From positions 16,835-80,834 of the forward strand of contig JAGVBU010000004.1 of NCBI GenBank assembly GCA_020059585.1: 64,000 bases of DNA, read 5' to 3'. The notes beneath the pieces were generated by a model. That model saw only the letters and a list, made by a program, of their open reading frames with translations, made no database searches and was not told where the DNA came from. Origin of the DNA: Minisyncoccota bacterium. GTDB taxonomy: Bacteria; Patescibacteriota; Minisyncoccia; UBA6257; GWB1-50-10. A program made the position numbers and the translations under genes. Numbering within the stretch: the stretch's first letter is position 1; every line of letters starts with the position of its first letter. Positions 38,483 to 49,383 of this stretch are shown piece by piece.

Positions 38483-39922
38483 ATGAATTACATTCCCATA
38501 ATAGGACTTGAAATACACGTGGAACTTGGCACAAAAAGCAAGATGTTTTGTATGTGTCCGAATGACCCGTTCGAAAAAAAACCGAACGAAAATACGTGTC
38601 CCGTGTGTCTTGGGCATCCAGGAACTCTCCCTGTAATAAATCAGGAGGCGGTGCGGCGGGTAATTATGCTCGGATGCGCGATAAACGCGACCATTGCGCA
38701 TGAATCGCATTTCGACAGGAAGAGTTATTTTTATCCCGATCTTCCCAAAGGATATCAGATTTCACAATATGATCACCCGCTTGTTGAGGGGGGGATTCTC
38801 GCGGGAGTGCGCGTGAAGAGGGTTCACCTCGAAGAAGATACGGGCAAACTTCTTCATGATATTCCCGGATACACGCCTCATAAACCGACCACATTCGTGG
38901 ATTTTAATCGCGCGGGAGTTCCTCTTATGGAACTCGTTACCGAACCTGATATCAAAAGCGGAGAAGAGACAATGAGTTTTGCGAGAGAGCTCCAGAGAAT
39001 TCTCAGGTATCTTGGTATTTCTGATGCGGATATGGAAAAGGGACAAATGCGTATTGAGGTCAATATTTCACTCATGAAAGAGGATGCGGAGGAATTTGGA
39101 ACAAAAGTAGAGGTTAAAAACATAAATTCGTTCAAGGCCGCCGCGGACGCGGTCCGTTATGAGATGGATCGTCAAGGGGAAATTCTTGAGCGTGGCGGCG
39201 TGATAACTCAGGAAACGAGAGGATGGGACGACGTGCGGGGAATCACGGTAAGCCAGCGATCAAAGGAATCGGCTCATGATTATCGTTATTTTCCCGAGCC
39301 TGATCTTCCGCCTATGTCCTTTTCCGAAGAATATATCAACGAAATAAAAAGAAGCATTCCCGAATTACCTCAGGCAAAACGGGAGCGTTTTATGCGAGAA
39401 TTCGGAATTCTCTCTTCACAAGCAGACGATCTCGTTGACGAGAGGGATCTCGCGGATTATTTTGAATCCGCCGTATCAGAGCTTTTGAAGATGAACTCTG
39501 AACCGAATTTCAGTCTCATGCTCAACTATCTTGTGAGTGATATGAAGGGAATTCTTAAGTCGGAAGGAAAGAACATAGGTGATACGAACATTTCTCCGGA
39601 ACATTTTGCGCGTCTTATTGCGCTTATCCAGAAAGGGGAATTATCGAGTAGAATGGCAAAAGACATTCTTTTTAAAATGCACGTTTCGGGAGATGGTCCT
39701 GAGGAAATTATCTCCTCCGAGGGGATGAAATTTGTGAGTGATGACAACGCGCTCCTTCCTGTCATTGTCGAAATAATAGAAAAAAACGAAAAAGCCGTTT
39801 CGGACTATAAAAAAGGAAAACCCGCCTCACTCCAGTTCCTCGTAGGTCAGGCGATGGCGAGAATGAGAGGTCAGGCGGATCCCGAAAGATTAAGAAACCT
39901 TTTTGAAAAAGAACTCTCCTAA
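38483..39922 (+). CDS. gatB: Asp/Glu-tRNA amidotransferase subunit B
   Basis: MNYIPIIGLEIHVEL... N-terminus, Cys cluster (CMCPN...CPVCLGHPG) and a C-terminal GatB/YqeY domain. Confidence 0.9.
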   Translation: MNYIPIIGLEIHVELGTKSKMFCMCPNDPFEKKPNENTCPVCLGHPGTLPVINQEAVRRVIMLGCAINATIAHESHFDRKSYFYPDLPKGYQISQYDHPLVEGGILAGVRVKRVHLEEDTGKLLHDIPGYTPHKPTTFVDFNRAGVPLMELVTEPDIKSGEETMSFARELQRILRYLGISDADMEKGQMRIEVNISLMKEDAEEFGTKVEVKNINSFKAAADAVRYEMDRQGEILERGGVITQETRGWDDVRGITVSQRSKESAHDYRYFPEPDLPPMSFSEEYINEIKRSIPELPQAKRERFMREFGILSSQADDLVDERDLADYFESAVSELLKMNSEPNFSLMLNYLVSDMKGILKSEGKNIGDTNISPEHFARLIALIQKGELSSRMAKDILFKMHVSGDGPEEIISSEGMKFVSDDNALLPVIVEIIEKNEKAVSDYKKGKPASLQFLVGQAMARMRGQADPERLRNLFEKELS

Positions 39923-40866
39923 GAACGGCGTTCTTTGCATATACGCAGAAGTTTCTCCACGACGATTCTTTCAGCATCTTTTCCATTTTGCGCCCATAAG
40001 ATGTTTTTATTTCTTTTAAACCACGTCATCTGTCGTTTCGCGTACGCGAAGATTTCTCTCTCAAGCGCGTCCAATGCGCGTGTTTTTTCCATCCGTCCTC
40101 TGAGATATCGCGCGATGTATCTATATTCAAGACCAAGCGCCTCAAATTTTTTCCATGATACCCCTGATTTTTTCAACGTTTCAATTTCGCGAATCATTCC
40201 CGCTTGAATTCTTTTTAAGAGTCTCGCGTGTATTCTTTCGCGAAGTATCTTGTTTCCGGGATAAATACCCACGAAAATTACATCCGCATCAAGAGGATTT
40301 TTTCTTAGAGGAGGCACCATACCGAGCGCGGACGCAATTTCTATCGCTCGTATGAGTCTGACTGGATTTTTTTTGTCTATCGACCGAGCGCGCGCGGGAT
40401 CTTTTTTTATAAGTATCGCATAGAGATCATCTAATGATTTCGTTGAAAGATTTTTTCTTAACGTGGGATTTGGCGGGACGTTCGGGATTAGAAGCCCATC
40501 CACAAGCGCGTCAATGTAAAATCCGGTTCCCCCGCATACGATAGCGATTTTATTCTTTCGAAATATTGTTTCCGCGGCGCGTTTCGCCTTTTTCTGATAA
40601 TCGGCGACACTATATATATTTTTTTTCGGTGAAATCACATCGAGAAGATGGTGGGGAATCCCGCGCATCTCGCGCTTCGTGATTTTTCCGGTGCCTATAT
40701 CCATCTTTTTATATACCTGCCGGGAATCCGCGGAAATTATTTCCGCGCCGGCAACACCCATCTTTTTCCCGTTCTTTTCTATGAATTTCGCGATCGAAAC
40801 CGCGCAATCCGATTTTCCGGTTGCGGTCGGTCCCACAATCGCTATCACCACGGGTTTTATTGACAT
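39919..40866 (-). CDS. miaA: tRNA dimethylallyltransferase
   Basis: P-loop VIAIVGPTATGKS and ...DSRQVYKKMDIGTGK... Confidence 0.85.
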   Translation of the reverse strand: MSIKPVVIAIVGPTATGKSDCAVSIAKFIEKNGKKMGVAGAEIISADSRQVYKKMDIGTGKITKREMRGIPHHLLDVISPKKNIYSVADYQKKAKRAAETIFRKNKIAIVCGGTGFYIDALVDGLLIPNVPPNPTLRKNLSTKSLDDLYAILIKKDPARARSIDKKNPVRLIRAIEIASALGMVPPLRKNPLDADVIFVGIYPGNKILRERIHARLLKRIQAGMIREIETLKKSGVSWKKFEALGLEYRYIARYLRGRMEKTRALDALEREIFAYAKRQMTWFKRNKNILWAQNGKDAERIVVEKLLRICKERRS

Positions 40867-41140
40867 ATTTTCATATTATTCATATACTCTACATCAGCAA
40901 CTGTTCAAAACAAAAGGGGACTGCATGAGAATCATCATATGTTCTCCATTGCTCCGTTTCCTTGGAAAAGACAAGGGCACGCGCGTAAGGCGATGCGTTT
41001 CCCGTAAAAGAAAATGCGGAAGGCACACAGGACACTTTTTTACGGGATTCACTTGACGGCGCTTTACTCTATTTTATTTTTTTTAATCTTCCTTCAGACA
41101 AACTATCTGGAGGATTATTTTTAATCGAGGAGGATTCTTT

Positions 41141-41260
41141 ATGGAATATAAAAAAATGCTTTCTGCGGCGTTCGGATTCGGAGTATTCGTGTTTTTGTTC
41201 AGGCGCAGAAAAAGGATCCTTTCGGGGACCGATATCGATGACTTGATGTATCATTCGTAA
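41141..41260 (+). CDS. possible 39-aa small membrane peptide
   Basis: ATG preceded by GAGGAGG 8 nt upstream. Hydrophobic core FGFGVFVFLF and a terminator immediately downstream. Weak call. Confidence 0.2.
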   Translation: MEYKKMLSAAFGFGVFVFLFRRRKRILSGTDIDDLMYHS

Positions 41261-41268
41261 ATAGGAAA

Positions 41269-41299
41269 TAACCCTGATGTATCAGGGTTATTTTTTTTC
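41269..41299. terminator. hairpin terminator (overlaps thrS 3' end)
   Basis: AACCCTGAT-GTA-TCAGGGTT stem followed by T8. Confidence 0.5.
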
Positions 41300-43120
41300 G
41301 CGTATTTTTTCGAACAGTTCTTCGGAAAATTCGCGTAGAGCCTTTGTTTCCGTGTCTTTTCTTCCTCGAGTTCTTACGTTCACCGTTTCTGAGGATTCCT
41401 CTTTTTCTCCCACGACGAGAATATACGGCATCTTCATAAGTTCATTTTCTCGAATGCGTTTTCCAAGTGTCTCATTTGCCTCTCCGAGAGACGTTCGTAT
41501 TCCGCGTTCTGTAAGGTTTTTTTTCACCTTTTCCGCGTATGACATAAATTTTTCACTCACGGGAAGAATTGATACCTGAATAGGAGAAAGCCACACGGGG
41601 AATGCTCCCGCGTAATGCTCGATAAGAAGACCTATGAAGCGCTCATAAGAGCCAAAAAGCGCCCTGTGAAGCATAAACGGTTGCTCATTTTTTCCCTTGT
41701 CATTTACAAAAGACATATCGAATCGCGCGGGAAGATTAAAGTCGAATTGGAGCGTGGAACATTGCCATTCCCGTCCGAGCGCGTCCTTCACTTTGAAATC
41801 TAGTTTTGGACCGTAGAAAGCCGCTTCTCCTATCTCTTCTTTGAAATCAAGCTTTTTTTCCTTGGCTACTTTTCTCAGGATATTTTCAGTGAATTTCCAT
41901 CCTTCATCGTTTCCCGCGTATTTCTTTTTGTTTTTCGGATCGCGGAGAGAGAGATATACTTTTACCGTGTCCGTGGAAAATCCGAATGAATGATAAATAA
42001 AAAGAATAAAATCTATGACTTTTTTTAGCTCATCTTCAACCTGATCTTTTCTGCATATAATATGCGCATCGTCCTGCGTGAATCCTCTGACTCTTGTGAG
42101 TCCCGAGAGTTCTCCTTTTTTTTCAAAACGATATACCGTTCCGCATTCCGCCCATCGGTACGCGAGATCGCGATATGATCGTATCGAATTCTTGTATATC
42201 TGCACGTGAAAAGGGCAGTTCATCGGCTTGAGAAGATATTCCTCCGAGTGATCGGCTTTCTCCTGTTTTTGGCGTTCTTCGAGGGTTTGTCCAACCTCTA
42301 TCGGTGGATACATTGATTTGTTGTAAAACCCCCAATGTCCGGAGATTTCCCACAACGCCCTGTTTCCTATATGAGGCGTTCTCACCAGCTCATATCCGTT
42401 CTTTATGTGTTCTTCATACCAGAAATCCTCTATAACTCTCCAAAGAATCGCTCCTTTCGGATGCCAAAGCGGAAGTCCGAGTCCAACGGTTTCATCGATA
42501 TGAAAAAGATCTAGTTCTTTTCCGAGTTTTCGATGATCGCGTTTCTCCGCTTCTTTGAGCATTTCACGATATTCGTTAAGCTCTTTTTTTCCCTTGAATG
42601 AGAGTCCGTAGATTCTGGTAAGCATCTTATTTTTCTCATCTCCCCGCCAGTATGCTCCCGCAAGATGCGTGAGCGCGAATCCGTCCGCGGGAATCTCTTT
42701 TGTGTTTTTCACGTGGGGTCCGGAACATAAATCGACGAAAACCACCTCTCTCTTTTTTCCGGTACCGCGCGCGGTTTCGTATATGGAGATGGGGGATTTT
42801 TTCTTCTTGAGCTCTTCAATAAGTTCGAGTTTATATCGGTTTTTAGCAAAAAGCTTTTTCGCCTGCGGGTAGGTGATGCTCTTTTTTGAAAAGGAAAGAC
42901 CTTCTTGCGCGAGTTCGCGCACTCTTTTTTCAAGCGCTTCAAGTTCCGTTTCGGAAATAGGCGAAGAAAAATCGAAATCATAATAGAATCCATGCTCAAT
43001 AACAGGACCTATGCCGAGGAGGGTATTTGGGCGCTTTTCCAAAATTGCCGTCGCGAGAAGATGGGAAAGTGAATGGCGAACCTTGTGGATTATAAGCTCT
43101 TCTTCGTTTCTTTTCTGCAT
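41288..43120 (-). CDS. thrS: threonine--tRNA ligase
   Basis: Editing-domain HxxxH (VRHSLSHLLA), class II catalytic core and a C-terminal anticodon-binding domain. Confidence 0.9.
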   Translation of the reverse strand: MQKRNEEELIIHKVRHSLSHLLATAILEKRPNTLLGIGPVIEHGFYYDFDFSSPISETELEALEKRVRELAQEGLSFSKKSITYPQAKKLFAKNRYKLELIEELKKKKSPISIYETARGTGKKREVVFVDLCSGPHVKNTKEIPADGFALTHLAGAYWRGDEKNKMLTRIYGLSFKGKKELNEYREMLKEAEKRDHRKLGKELDLFHIDETVGLGLPLWHPKGAILWRVIEDFWYEEHIKNGYELVRTPHIGNRALWEISGHWGFYNKSMYPPIEVGQTLEERQKQEKADHSEEYLLKPMNCPFHVQIYKNSIRSYRDLAYRWAECGTVYRFEKKGELSGLTRVRGFTQDDAHIICRKDQVEDELKKVIDFILFIYHSFGFSTDTVKVYLSLRDPKNKKKYAGNDEGWKFTENILRKVAKEKKLDFKEEIGEAAFYGPKLDFKVKDALGREWQCSTLQFDFNLPARFDMSFVNDKGKNEQPFMLHRALFGSYERFIGLLIEHYAGAFPVWLSPIQVSILPVSEKFMSYAEKVKKNLTERGIRTSLGEANETLGKRIRENELMKMPYILVVGEKEESSETVNVRTRGRKDTETKALREFSEELFEKIREKK

Positions 43121-43160
43121 ATAAGAAGATTGTATCAGGAAAAAAGAGAAAATGGGAGAT

Positions 43161-44705
43161 TTATGGCGTGGGGGAGATTTTTACGAGTGAAGGAATAAAA
43201 TAGGGGTCGGCGTTGAGTGCCATTCTCCAATATTCTTCGGCGCGCTCTCTGTCGCGTAGCTCTTCATATACATTCCCCGAATTATGGTATGGAATCGGAT
43301 TCTCAGGATCAAGCGCGATCGCGCGTCCGTATGCGTAGAGCGCGTCTTTATAAGAACCGTTTTCCGCGTATGCCATGCCGAGATTGTTCCACACACGAAG
43401 ACTTTTTGGCGCGTGACGCAAGGTTTGTTCGTAGAAAGTGATCGCGTCTTTCCAGTCCGTATTCCTTATTACGGTTCTTATTCCAATCGCGATAATCCAT
43501 GCGCTAAGAAGAATAATTCCCACAATTTTCATCCATTGTGCCGTTTTTTTCAGATTCCATAGTTCATCTATTCCCGCGGCAAAAAACAAAAAGAATCCGA
43601 CGATGGGCGCATACATATAATGTTCAAATATAATGCCGGCAACGGGAACGAATATTCCTGATGCGGGGAAGATCGCGATTGCAAAGAAAAGAAGCGCGAA
43701 AGAATACTCGGGTTTCTTTTTAAAGCGTATGGCTGCAAAAAATGACGCAATGAGCGTGACGCACATTCCTATAAGCGTCTTTACGTGAAATAGTGATGCG
43801 ACCACCGCGACATTTTCCGTTCGTTCCATAAAGAGTGTTTTTGGAAATATAAGAAGAGAGAGATATTCGGGGATGACGGAGAAAAATGTGAATACTCGCG
43901 CGAGAATGTGTGTGGTGTAGTAATTCTCCAAATTATAGATATTGAACGTATTTTCAAAATTAAGTACGGTACCGCGGAGAAAGAGATATATTCCCGCGAT
44001 GAGAAAGAAGGGAAGAAGGGAGAGAACTGATTCTTGTATTTGATATTCCGCGCTCCTCTCTTTTTTTATGGAATGCCAGAATTCAACAAGAAGAAGAAAG
44101 GCGGGAAAAATAACGGACCGTTCTTTTGAGAGAAGGGCAAGAAGGAAGGATATGAGCGCCAAAAAGAAGAAAAGAAGTCTTTTGTTATTTTTCTCCCTAT
44201 ACTCATGGTACGCGTATATACCGATAAGAATGAAGAAAAAGGACACAGGATCACCGAGTCCGGATACATAGGTCACTGCCTCCGTTTGGAGCGGATGCAC
44301 GAGGAACACAAGCGATACGAGAAAAATAAGCCATGTTCGTATATTTACCGTCCGTTTCAAAAGAAAAAAAACAAGAAGCGCATTTATGAAGTGGATGAAA
44401 AAGTTCGTAAAATGGAATCCCGGTGTCCACGCTTCCCACAGTTTCCATTGGGTGGAATAGATGATGAGGAGCAAGGGGCGCCAGTAGTTGCTTTCAAGAC
44501 CTGCTCCCGCAATGAGATTTTCAGAAAAGAACTTTTCTATGTGGAAATTGCGGACATATTCGTTATGCAGTATGCCGTCGTAGTCATCCCAAAACATTCC
44601 ATTGCCGAAGGAGTGCGCGTAGACCGCGATTCCCGCGACAAAGAGCGTGAGCACTATAAGCGCCACAACATGAGAACGAGCAAATTCATACATTTTTTGA
44701 ACCAT
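43161..44705 (-). CDS. multi-pass membrane protein with C-terminal TPR repeats (TMTC/PMT_2 O-mannosyltransferase-like, DUF1736)
   Basis: N-terminal FHxTN...LVHPLQTEAV motif typical of PMT_2/TMTC; ~11 TM helices; 3 C-terminal TPR units. Confidence 0.5.
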   Translation of the reverse strand: MVQKMYEFARSHVVALIVLTLFVAGIAVYAHSFGNGMFWDDYDGILHNEYVRNFHIEKFFSENLIAGAGLESNYWRPLLLIIYSTQWKLWEAWTPGFHFTNFFIHFINALLVFFLLKRTVNIRTWLIFLVSLVFLVHPLQTEAVTYVSGLGDPVSFFFILIGIYAYHEYREKNNKRLLFFFLALISFLLALLSKERSVIFPAFLLLVEFWHSIKKERSAEYQIQESVLSLLPFFLIAGIYLFLRGTVLNFENTFNIYNLENYYTTHILARVFTFFSVIPEYLSLLIFPKTLFMERTENVAVVASLFHVKTLIGMCVTLIASFFAAIRFKKKPEYSFALLFFAIAIFPASGIFVPVAGIIFEHYMYAPIVGFFLFFAAGIDELWNLKKTAQWMKIVGIILLSAWIIAIGIRTVIRNTDWKDAITFYEQTLRHAPKSLRVWNNLGMAYAENGSYKDALYAYGRAIALDPENPIPYHNSGNVYEELRDRERAEEYWRMALNADPYFIPSLVKISPTP

Positions 44706-44712
44706 GATTTTT

Positions 44713-47700
44713 CTAAACTCTTTTCACGTCGTCGCAGATAAATTTCGGATCACCTCCCTTCCACGAAGTGCGTCCGCTTGCGAGTACGACACGTCCCTCT
44801 TCCCAGAGCGTCTGCGTTTTTTCGAGTACGCGAGGAAACACAAGGAGTTCTATAGCGCTTGTAGTGTCCTCAATAAGCACAAAAAGCATGGGATCTCCTT
44901 TTTTTGTAAGTATTTTATGGACATTTGAAACGACGCCCGCTGTTTTTGTCCTCGATCCTATCGTGTCCGCGCTATGGGGTGTATTCTGTATTTCACGAAT
45001 TGTCTTCACTGAACTACCAAATTTTCCGCTATACGCGCTGAAAGGATGATCGGTAAGATAAAATCCGAGAAGTTCTTTTTCCCATCCAAGCGTCGCATTC
45101 TTTGATGCTGGTTTTGCGGGACGCATGCGGAGGGATGCGAGCGTTGCTGATCCGCTTCCAAATAAACTCGATTGATTTGATGATGCCATTTTTTTCGCGG
45201 CCTGATTAAATTTAAGAAGTTCTTCTATGTTTTCAAGCGCTTGTCCGCGCTCAAGTCCCATAGAATCGAATGATCCGCTTTTTATAAGACTTTCGAGGGA
45301 TTTTTTATTCATATCGCGATGCTTCATTCTCGAAAGAAAATCGGTAAGGTTCGCGAATTCTCCGCTTCGTCCTCGTTCTTCTATGATAAAATTCACAATA
45401 TTTGCCCCGACATTTTTCACGGCAAGAAGTCCGAATCGTATATTGCCTCCGTCTGCGGTGAAATCCTGGAAGCTTTGGTTTATGTCGGGCGGAAGTACTT
45501 TAATGCCAAGTCTTCTCGCCTCATTTACGAGAAAATTCACTCGTTCCACTTCGGTACCTGAAATATTGAGAAGGCTCGTCATAAATTCCACCGGATAGCG
45601 CGATTTAAGATACGCGGTCTGATAGCTTATCATCGCGTAACATGCCGCGTGGCTGCGGTTAAATCCGTAGCGGGCGAATGGGGGAAAGAGGTCCCAGATT
45701 TCTTCGGCGCTCTTTTTGTCTATTCCGTTTTTTATCATGCCCGCAATCAATTTTTCCCGTTGTTCATCGAGAAGTTCTTTTATTTTTTTCCCTATTGCTT
45801 TTCGAAGCGTATCCGCTTCCGCGAGCGAATATCCCGCGAGATCGCGCGCGATGCGCATCATTTGTTCCTGATAGATACCAACACCGTATGTTTTTTTGAG
45901 TATCGGCTCAAGAAGAGGATGCAAATACGTCACTTCTTCTTTTCCAAACTTTCGCGCGATATAGGAAGGAATAAGTTCCATGGGTCCGGGACGATAGAGA
46001 GAAACCATCGCGATGATGTCCTCGAGTTCCGACGGTTTCAGTTCCTTGAGATATCGGCGCATTCCAGAAGACTCAAGTTGAAAGACTCCCGTGGTTTCTC
46101 CATGTTGCAGAAGTTCGAATGTTTTTTTGTCATCGAGTGGAATGCGATCGATATCGATCGAAATACCGTGATTATTTTTTATAAGCTTCAGTGTTTTTTC
46201 AATAATAGTAAGGTTCTTGAGTCCCAGAAAATCCATCTTAAGGAGTCCAAGATCTTCAACGGCGTGCATTTCGAATTGAGTAATGACGGTATTTTCTCCC
46301 TGAGGCGCCTTCTGAAGCGGAAGATATTCAGTAAGGGGATGCGCGGAAACCACCACGCCGCATGCGTGCACTGATGCGTGCCGGACGGTTCCTTCGAGAC
46401 GTATTGCCGCGTTAATGAGTCTTTGGGCGTCCGCGGTGGTATCGTAAAGGTGTTTGAGTTCAGGTACGGTTTCAAGCGCTTTTTTAAGGGGAGTCGCGGG
46501 AGCGGTGAATGGAATAAGCTTCGCGATTTGATCGCAGAACCCATATGAGAGCCCCATCGCGCGCCCCGCGTCACGTATCGCGGCGCGGGAAAGCATTGTT
46601 CCAAATGTGATAATTTGCGCGACGTGGTCGGCACCGTATTTTTCACGTACGTACGAGAGTACCTCGTCGCGCCGCGTATCCGTAAAATCAACATCAATAT
46701 CGGGGACCTGAATGCGATCGGGGTTTAAGAAGCGTTCAAAAAGGAGATCATATGCGAGTGGATCAATGTTTGTGATACCGAGTATATATGACACGATGCT
46801 TCCCGCGGCAGAACCGCGTCCCGGCCCCACGACAATGCCGTGCGTTTTCGCCCAATTAATATAATCCTGAACAATAAGGAAATAGTCGGCAAATCCCGTC
46901 TTTTCGATGACGGAAATTTCACTAAGGATGCGTTCATTGACGACGTCATTCGGGTTGGGATAACGGTCTTTTGTTCGTTCCGCGACAAGTTTTTTCAGGT
47001 ATTCAAACGATGATGATTCTCCCTCGGGAAGGGGGAATGAGGGGAGTTTTGTTTTTCCCAATTCTATCTCAAGCGAACATTTTTCCGTGATTTCTTGCGT
47101 TGCCGCGATTGCCTCAGGCGTATCTCTGAATATGGAGATCATCTCTTCTCCCGAGAGGAGTGAAATATCAAATTTTTTCAGACTTAGGCGGTCCTCGTCA
47201 TCAAGCTTGCTGTTTGTCTGTACCGCAAGAAGAATCTCGTGCGCGGTTTGATCTTCCTTGTGTACGTAGTGTATATCCTGCGTTGCGACGAGAGGCACGC
47301 CAATTTTTTTCGAGAGAGCGATAATAAGCGGATTCAATTCGGGAGTGTGAGGTTGTATCTCAAGATAGAAATCGGATCCGAATAAAGAATGGTACCATCG
47401 CGCAACTTGCTCCGCTTCGTCGTGTCTTCCATGCGAAAGGAGTTTTGCTATTTCTCCAGAGAAACATCCGGAAAGGCACACGAGTCCTTCGTGATATTTT
47501 TCGAGAAGAGGTTTATCGATTCGGGGTTTATAATAGAACCCTTCGAGATAAGAATGAGTAACGAGCTTAAGGAGATTTTTCCATCCTGTATTGTTTTTAA
47601 CAAGAAGCACCAGATGATAGCGCGTTTCGTCGACTTTGGGTCTTTTGTTCTCGAGTCCGTTTGGCGCTACGTACGCTTCAACTCCGAGAATCGGTTTGAT

Positions 47701-47943
47701 TCCCGCCTTTTTTGCTTTTTTGTAAAACTCTATCGCGCCGTACATATTCCCGTGATCGGTGAGCGCGATTGCGGTCATGCCAAGTTCTTTCGCGCGCGAA
47801 ACAAGTTCATCGGGTTTGGCGAGTCCATCAAGGAGAGAGTAGTGGGAATGGACATGAAGATGGGTAAATTGTGATTTCTTTATGTCCATAATTATTTTCC
47901 CATGCTCGATACCATTAGTGTATGAATTTTTTACGATGAGCAC
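44713..47943 (-). CDS. dnaE: DNA polymerase III alpha subunit
   Basis: N-terminal PHP domain (HLHVHSHYSLLDG), palm/fingers regions, 1076 aa. Confidence 0.9.
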   Translation of the reverse strand: MLIVKNSYTNGIEHGKIIMDIKKSQFTHLHVHSHYSLLDGLAKPDELVSRAKELGMTAIALTDHGNMYGAIEFYKKAKKAGIKPILGVEAYVAPNGLENKRPKVDETRYHLVLLVKNNTGWKNLLKLVTHSYLEGFYYKPRIDKPLLEKYHEGLVCLSGCFSGEIAKLLSHGRHDEAEQVARWYHSLFGSDFYLEIQPHTPELNPLIIALSKKIGVPLVATQDIHYVHKEDQTAHEILLAVQTNSKLDDEDRLSLKKFDISLLSGEEMISIFRDTPEAIAATQEITEKCSLEIELGKTKLPSFPLPEGESSSFEYLKKLVAERTKDRYPNPNDVVNERILSEISVIEKTGFADYFLIVQDYINWAKTHGIVVGPGRGSAAGSIVSYILGITNIDPLAYDLLFERFLNPDRIQVPDIDVDFTDTRRDEVLSYVREKYGADHVAQIITFGTMLSRAAIRDAGRAMGLSYGFCDQIAKLIPFTAPATPLKKALETVPELKHLYDTTADAQRLINAAIRLEGTVRHASVHACGVVVSAHPLTEYLPLQKAPQGENTVITQFEMHAVEDLGLLKMDFLGLKNLTIIEKTLKLIKNNHGISIDIDRIPLDDKKTFELLQHGETTGVFQLESSGMRRYLKELKPSELEDIIAMVSLYRPGPMELIPSYIARKFGKEEVTYLHPLLEPILKKTYGVGIYQEQMMRIARDLAGYSLAEADTLRKAIGKKIKELLDEQREKLIAGMIKNGIDKKSAEEIWDLFPPFARYGFNRSHAACYAMISYQTAYLKSRYPVEFMTSLLNISGTEVERVNFLVNEARRLGIKVLPPDINQSFQDFTADGGNIRFGLLAVKNVGANIVNFIIEERGRSGEFANLTDFLSRMKHRDMNKKSLESLIKSGSFDSMGLERGQALENIEELLKFNQAAKKMASSNQSSLFGSGSATLASLRMRPAKPASKNATLGWEKELLGFYLTDHPFSAYSGKFGSSVKTIREIQNTPHSADTIGSRTKTAGVVSNVHKILTKKGDPMLFVLIEDTTSAIELLVFPRVLEKTQTLWEEGRVVLASGRTSWKGGDPKFICDDVKRV

Positions 47944-48022
47944 AATATTTACTTGCGTTGTGTTTTGGGGTGTAATTCCCGTTCTACGCGTGCCGAGGGT
48001 TTTTCGTGATATTATTCACTAT

Positions 48023-48673
48023 ATGAGAGGAAAACACCTTTATATGGGAATTGATGAGGTGGGGAGGGGTCCGCTTGCGGGTCCTGCCGAGGTGTGTGCC
48101 GTGCTCGTACCCGAAACGGCGATGAGTACGTTAATGAAGAGGATACGGCGCGAGCCAACTTCTCTCAAAGATTCGAAGAAGCTTTCAGAGCTACAGCGGG
48201 AACATTGGGAGAAATTTATTAGATCTATGAAGGATGAAAAAATTCTCTTTTATGCGTCCGCGCGCGCCACTCCGAAGACCATTGACGCGATCAATATATC
48301 AAAAGCAGTAAATGTCGCGGCGGAAAAGGCGATCAAAAAGGCGCTCAATATGTTTCCTTACGCGTATACGCATCTTTCTATAGCCTCCGATGAGGGAATT
48401 CGTCCGGATATTTCCGGAATTCTTTCGTGTAAGACGCGTTTTCGATCATATGTGCGGGGAGACGAGCGCATTCCGCTTATAAGCATTGCTTCGATAGTCG
48501 CAAAAGTGTCTCGAGACGCATATATGAAAAAGATTGGAGCAAAATATCCCCATTATCGCTTTGAAAAGAATAAAGGATACGGAACAAGGGACCATATTCT
48601 CGCGCTCAGAAGACATGGACCCTCTCCGATGCATCGTTTGACCTTTATCAGAAATTTTCCTAAAATAGGATAA
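48023..48673 (+). CDS. rnhB: ribonuclease HII
   Basis: GIDEVGRGPLAGP catalytic motif. Start chosen at ATG 48023, just downstream of the divergent dnaE start. Confidence 0.85.
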   Translation: MRGKHLYMGIDEVGRGPLAGPAEVCAVLVPETAMSTLMKRIRREPTSLKDSKKLSELQREHWEKFIRSMKDEKILFYASARATPKTIDAINISKAVNVAAEKAIKKALNMFPYAYTHLSIASDEGIRPDISGILSCKTRFRSYVRGDERIPLISIASIVAKVSRDAYMKKIGAKYPHYRFEKNKGYGTRDHILALRRHGPSPMHRLTFIRNFPKIG

Positions 48674-48710
48674 GAATCGTCGTAAGAGATAAAAATATCA
48701 AAAGTCATTT

Positions 48711-48911
48711 ATGGGTGGCGTTCCAGTTAAACATCATTCGAAATCGAAGGTAGGACGGAGGCGGTCACAGCTTGCGTTGAAAAAGAAGGGTATTGTGGCG
48801 TGCGCGAATTGCAAGAGTCCCGCGTTGCCGCATCGCATGTGCGCGCAGTGTGGAAAGATGACAAGCAAGAAAAAGATCGCAACAAAGAAGTCCGAAAAGA
48901 GCGGATCATAG
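48711..48911 (+). CDS. rpmF: ribosomal protein L32
   Basis: ...KSKVGRRRSQ...CANCKS...HRMCAQCG... zinc-ribbon L32. Confidence 0.8.
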   Translation: MGGVPVKHHSKSKVGRRRSQLALKKKGIVACANCKSPALPHRMCAQCGKMTSKKKIATKKSEKSGS

Positions 48912-48931
48912 CGCGGAAAAATTAATTCCGT

Positions 48932-49381
48932 ATGGCAACACGACATCTCGCAAGAACAATTATTCTCCAATCCCTGTATGAGTGGGATTTTTATAATAAA
49001 AAAACAGATCTCATAAAAGTAGTAGACAGGAATCTCCATGAATTCGGTCCCGGCATTGATGAGCCCGAATTCGCGTGGAAGATAATAAAAGGAGTAGTGG
49101 AACATATGAAAGAGATTGATCAGGTGATCTCGAAATATGCTCCCGAGTGGCCTATTGAGCAGGTGGCGATCATAGACCGGAACATATTGCGTGTCGGTCT
49201 TTTTGAGCTTCTCTACGCGGATAAAAATGAAGTACCTTCCAAGGTAGCGATCAACGAAGCGATAGAATTAGCAAAAAATTACGGAGGGCAAAATTCATCA
49301 CGTTTTATAAACGGAGTGTTGGGAAGCGTATATAAAGAAATGGTCGAGCCGAAGGAGCCGAAAAAGGAAGAAGCATCATAA
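48932..49381 (+). CDS. nusB: transcription antitermination factor NusB
   Basis: ...[14 protein letters not shown]... all-helical NusB fold motifs. Confidence 0.85.
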   Translation: MATRHLARTIILQSLYEWDFYNKKTDLIKVVDRNLHEFGPGIDEPEFAWKIIKGVVEHMKEIDQVISKYAPEWPIEQVAIIDRNILRVGLFELLYADKNEVPSKVAINEAIELAKNYGGQNSSRFINGVLGSVYKEMVEPKEPKKEEAS

Positions 49382-49383
49382 TT

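Noticed and set aside
45649-46374. 241-aa plus-strand ORF (and others) inside dnaE
   Set aside because: It is antisense to a 1076-aa dnaE with clear PHP/polymerase motifs, so it is a shadow ORF.
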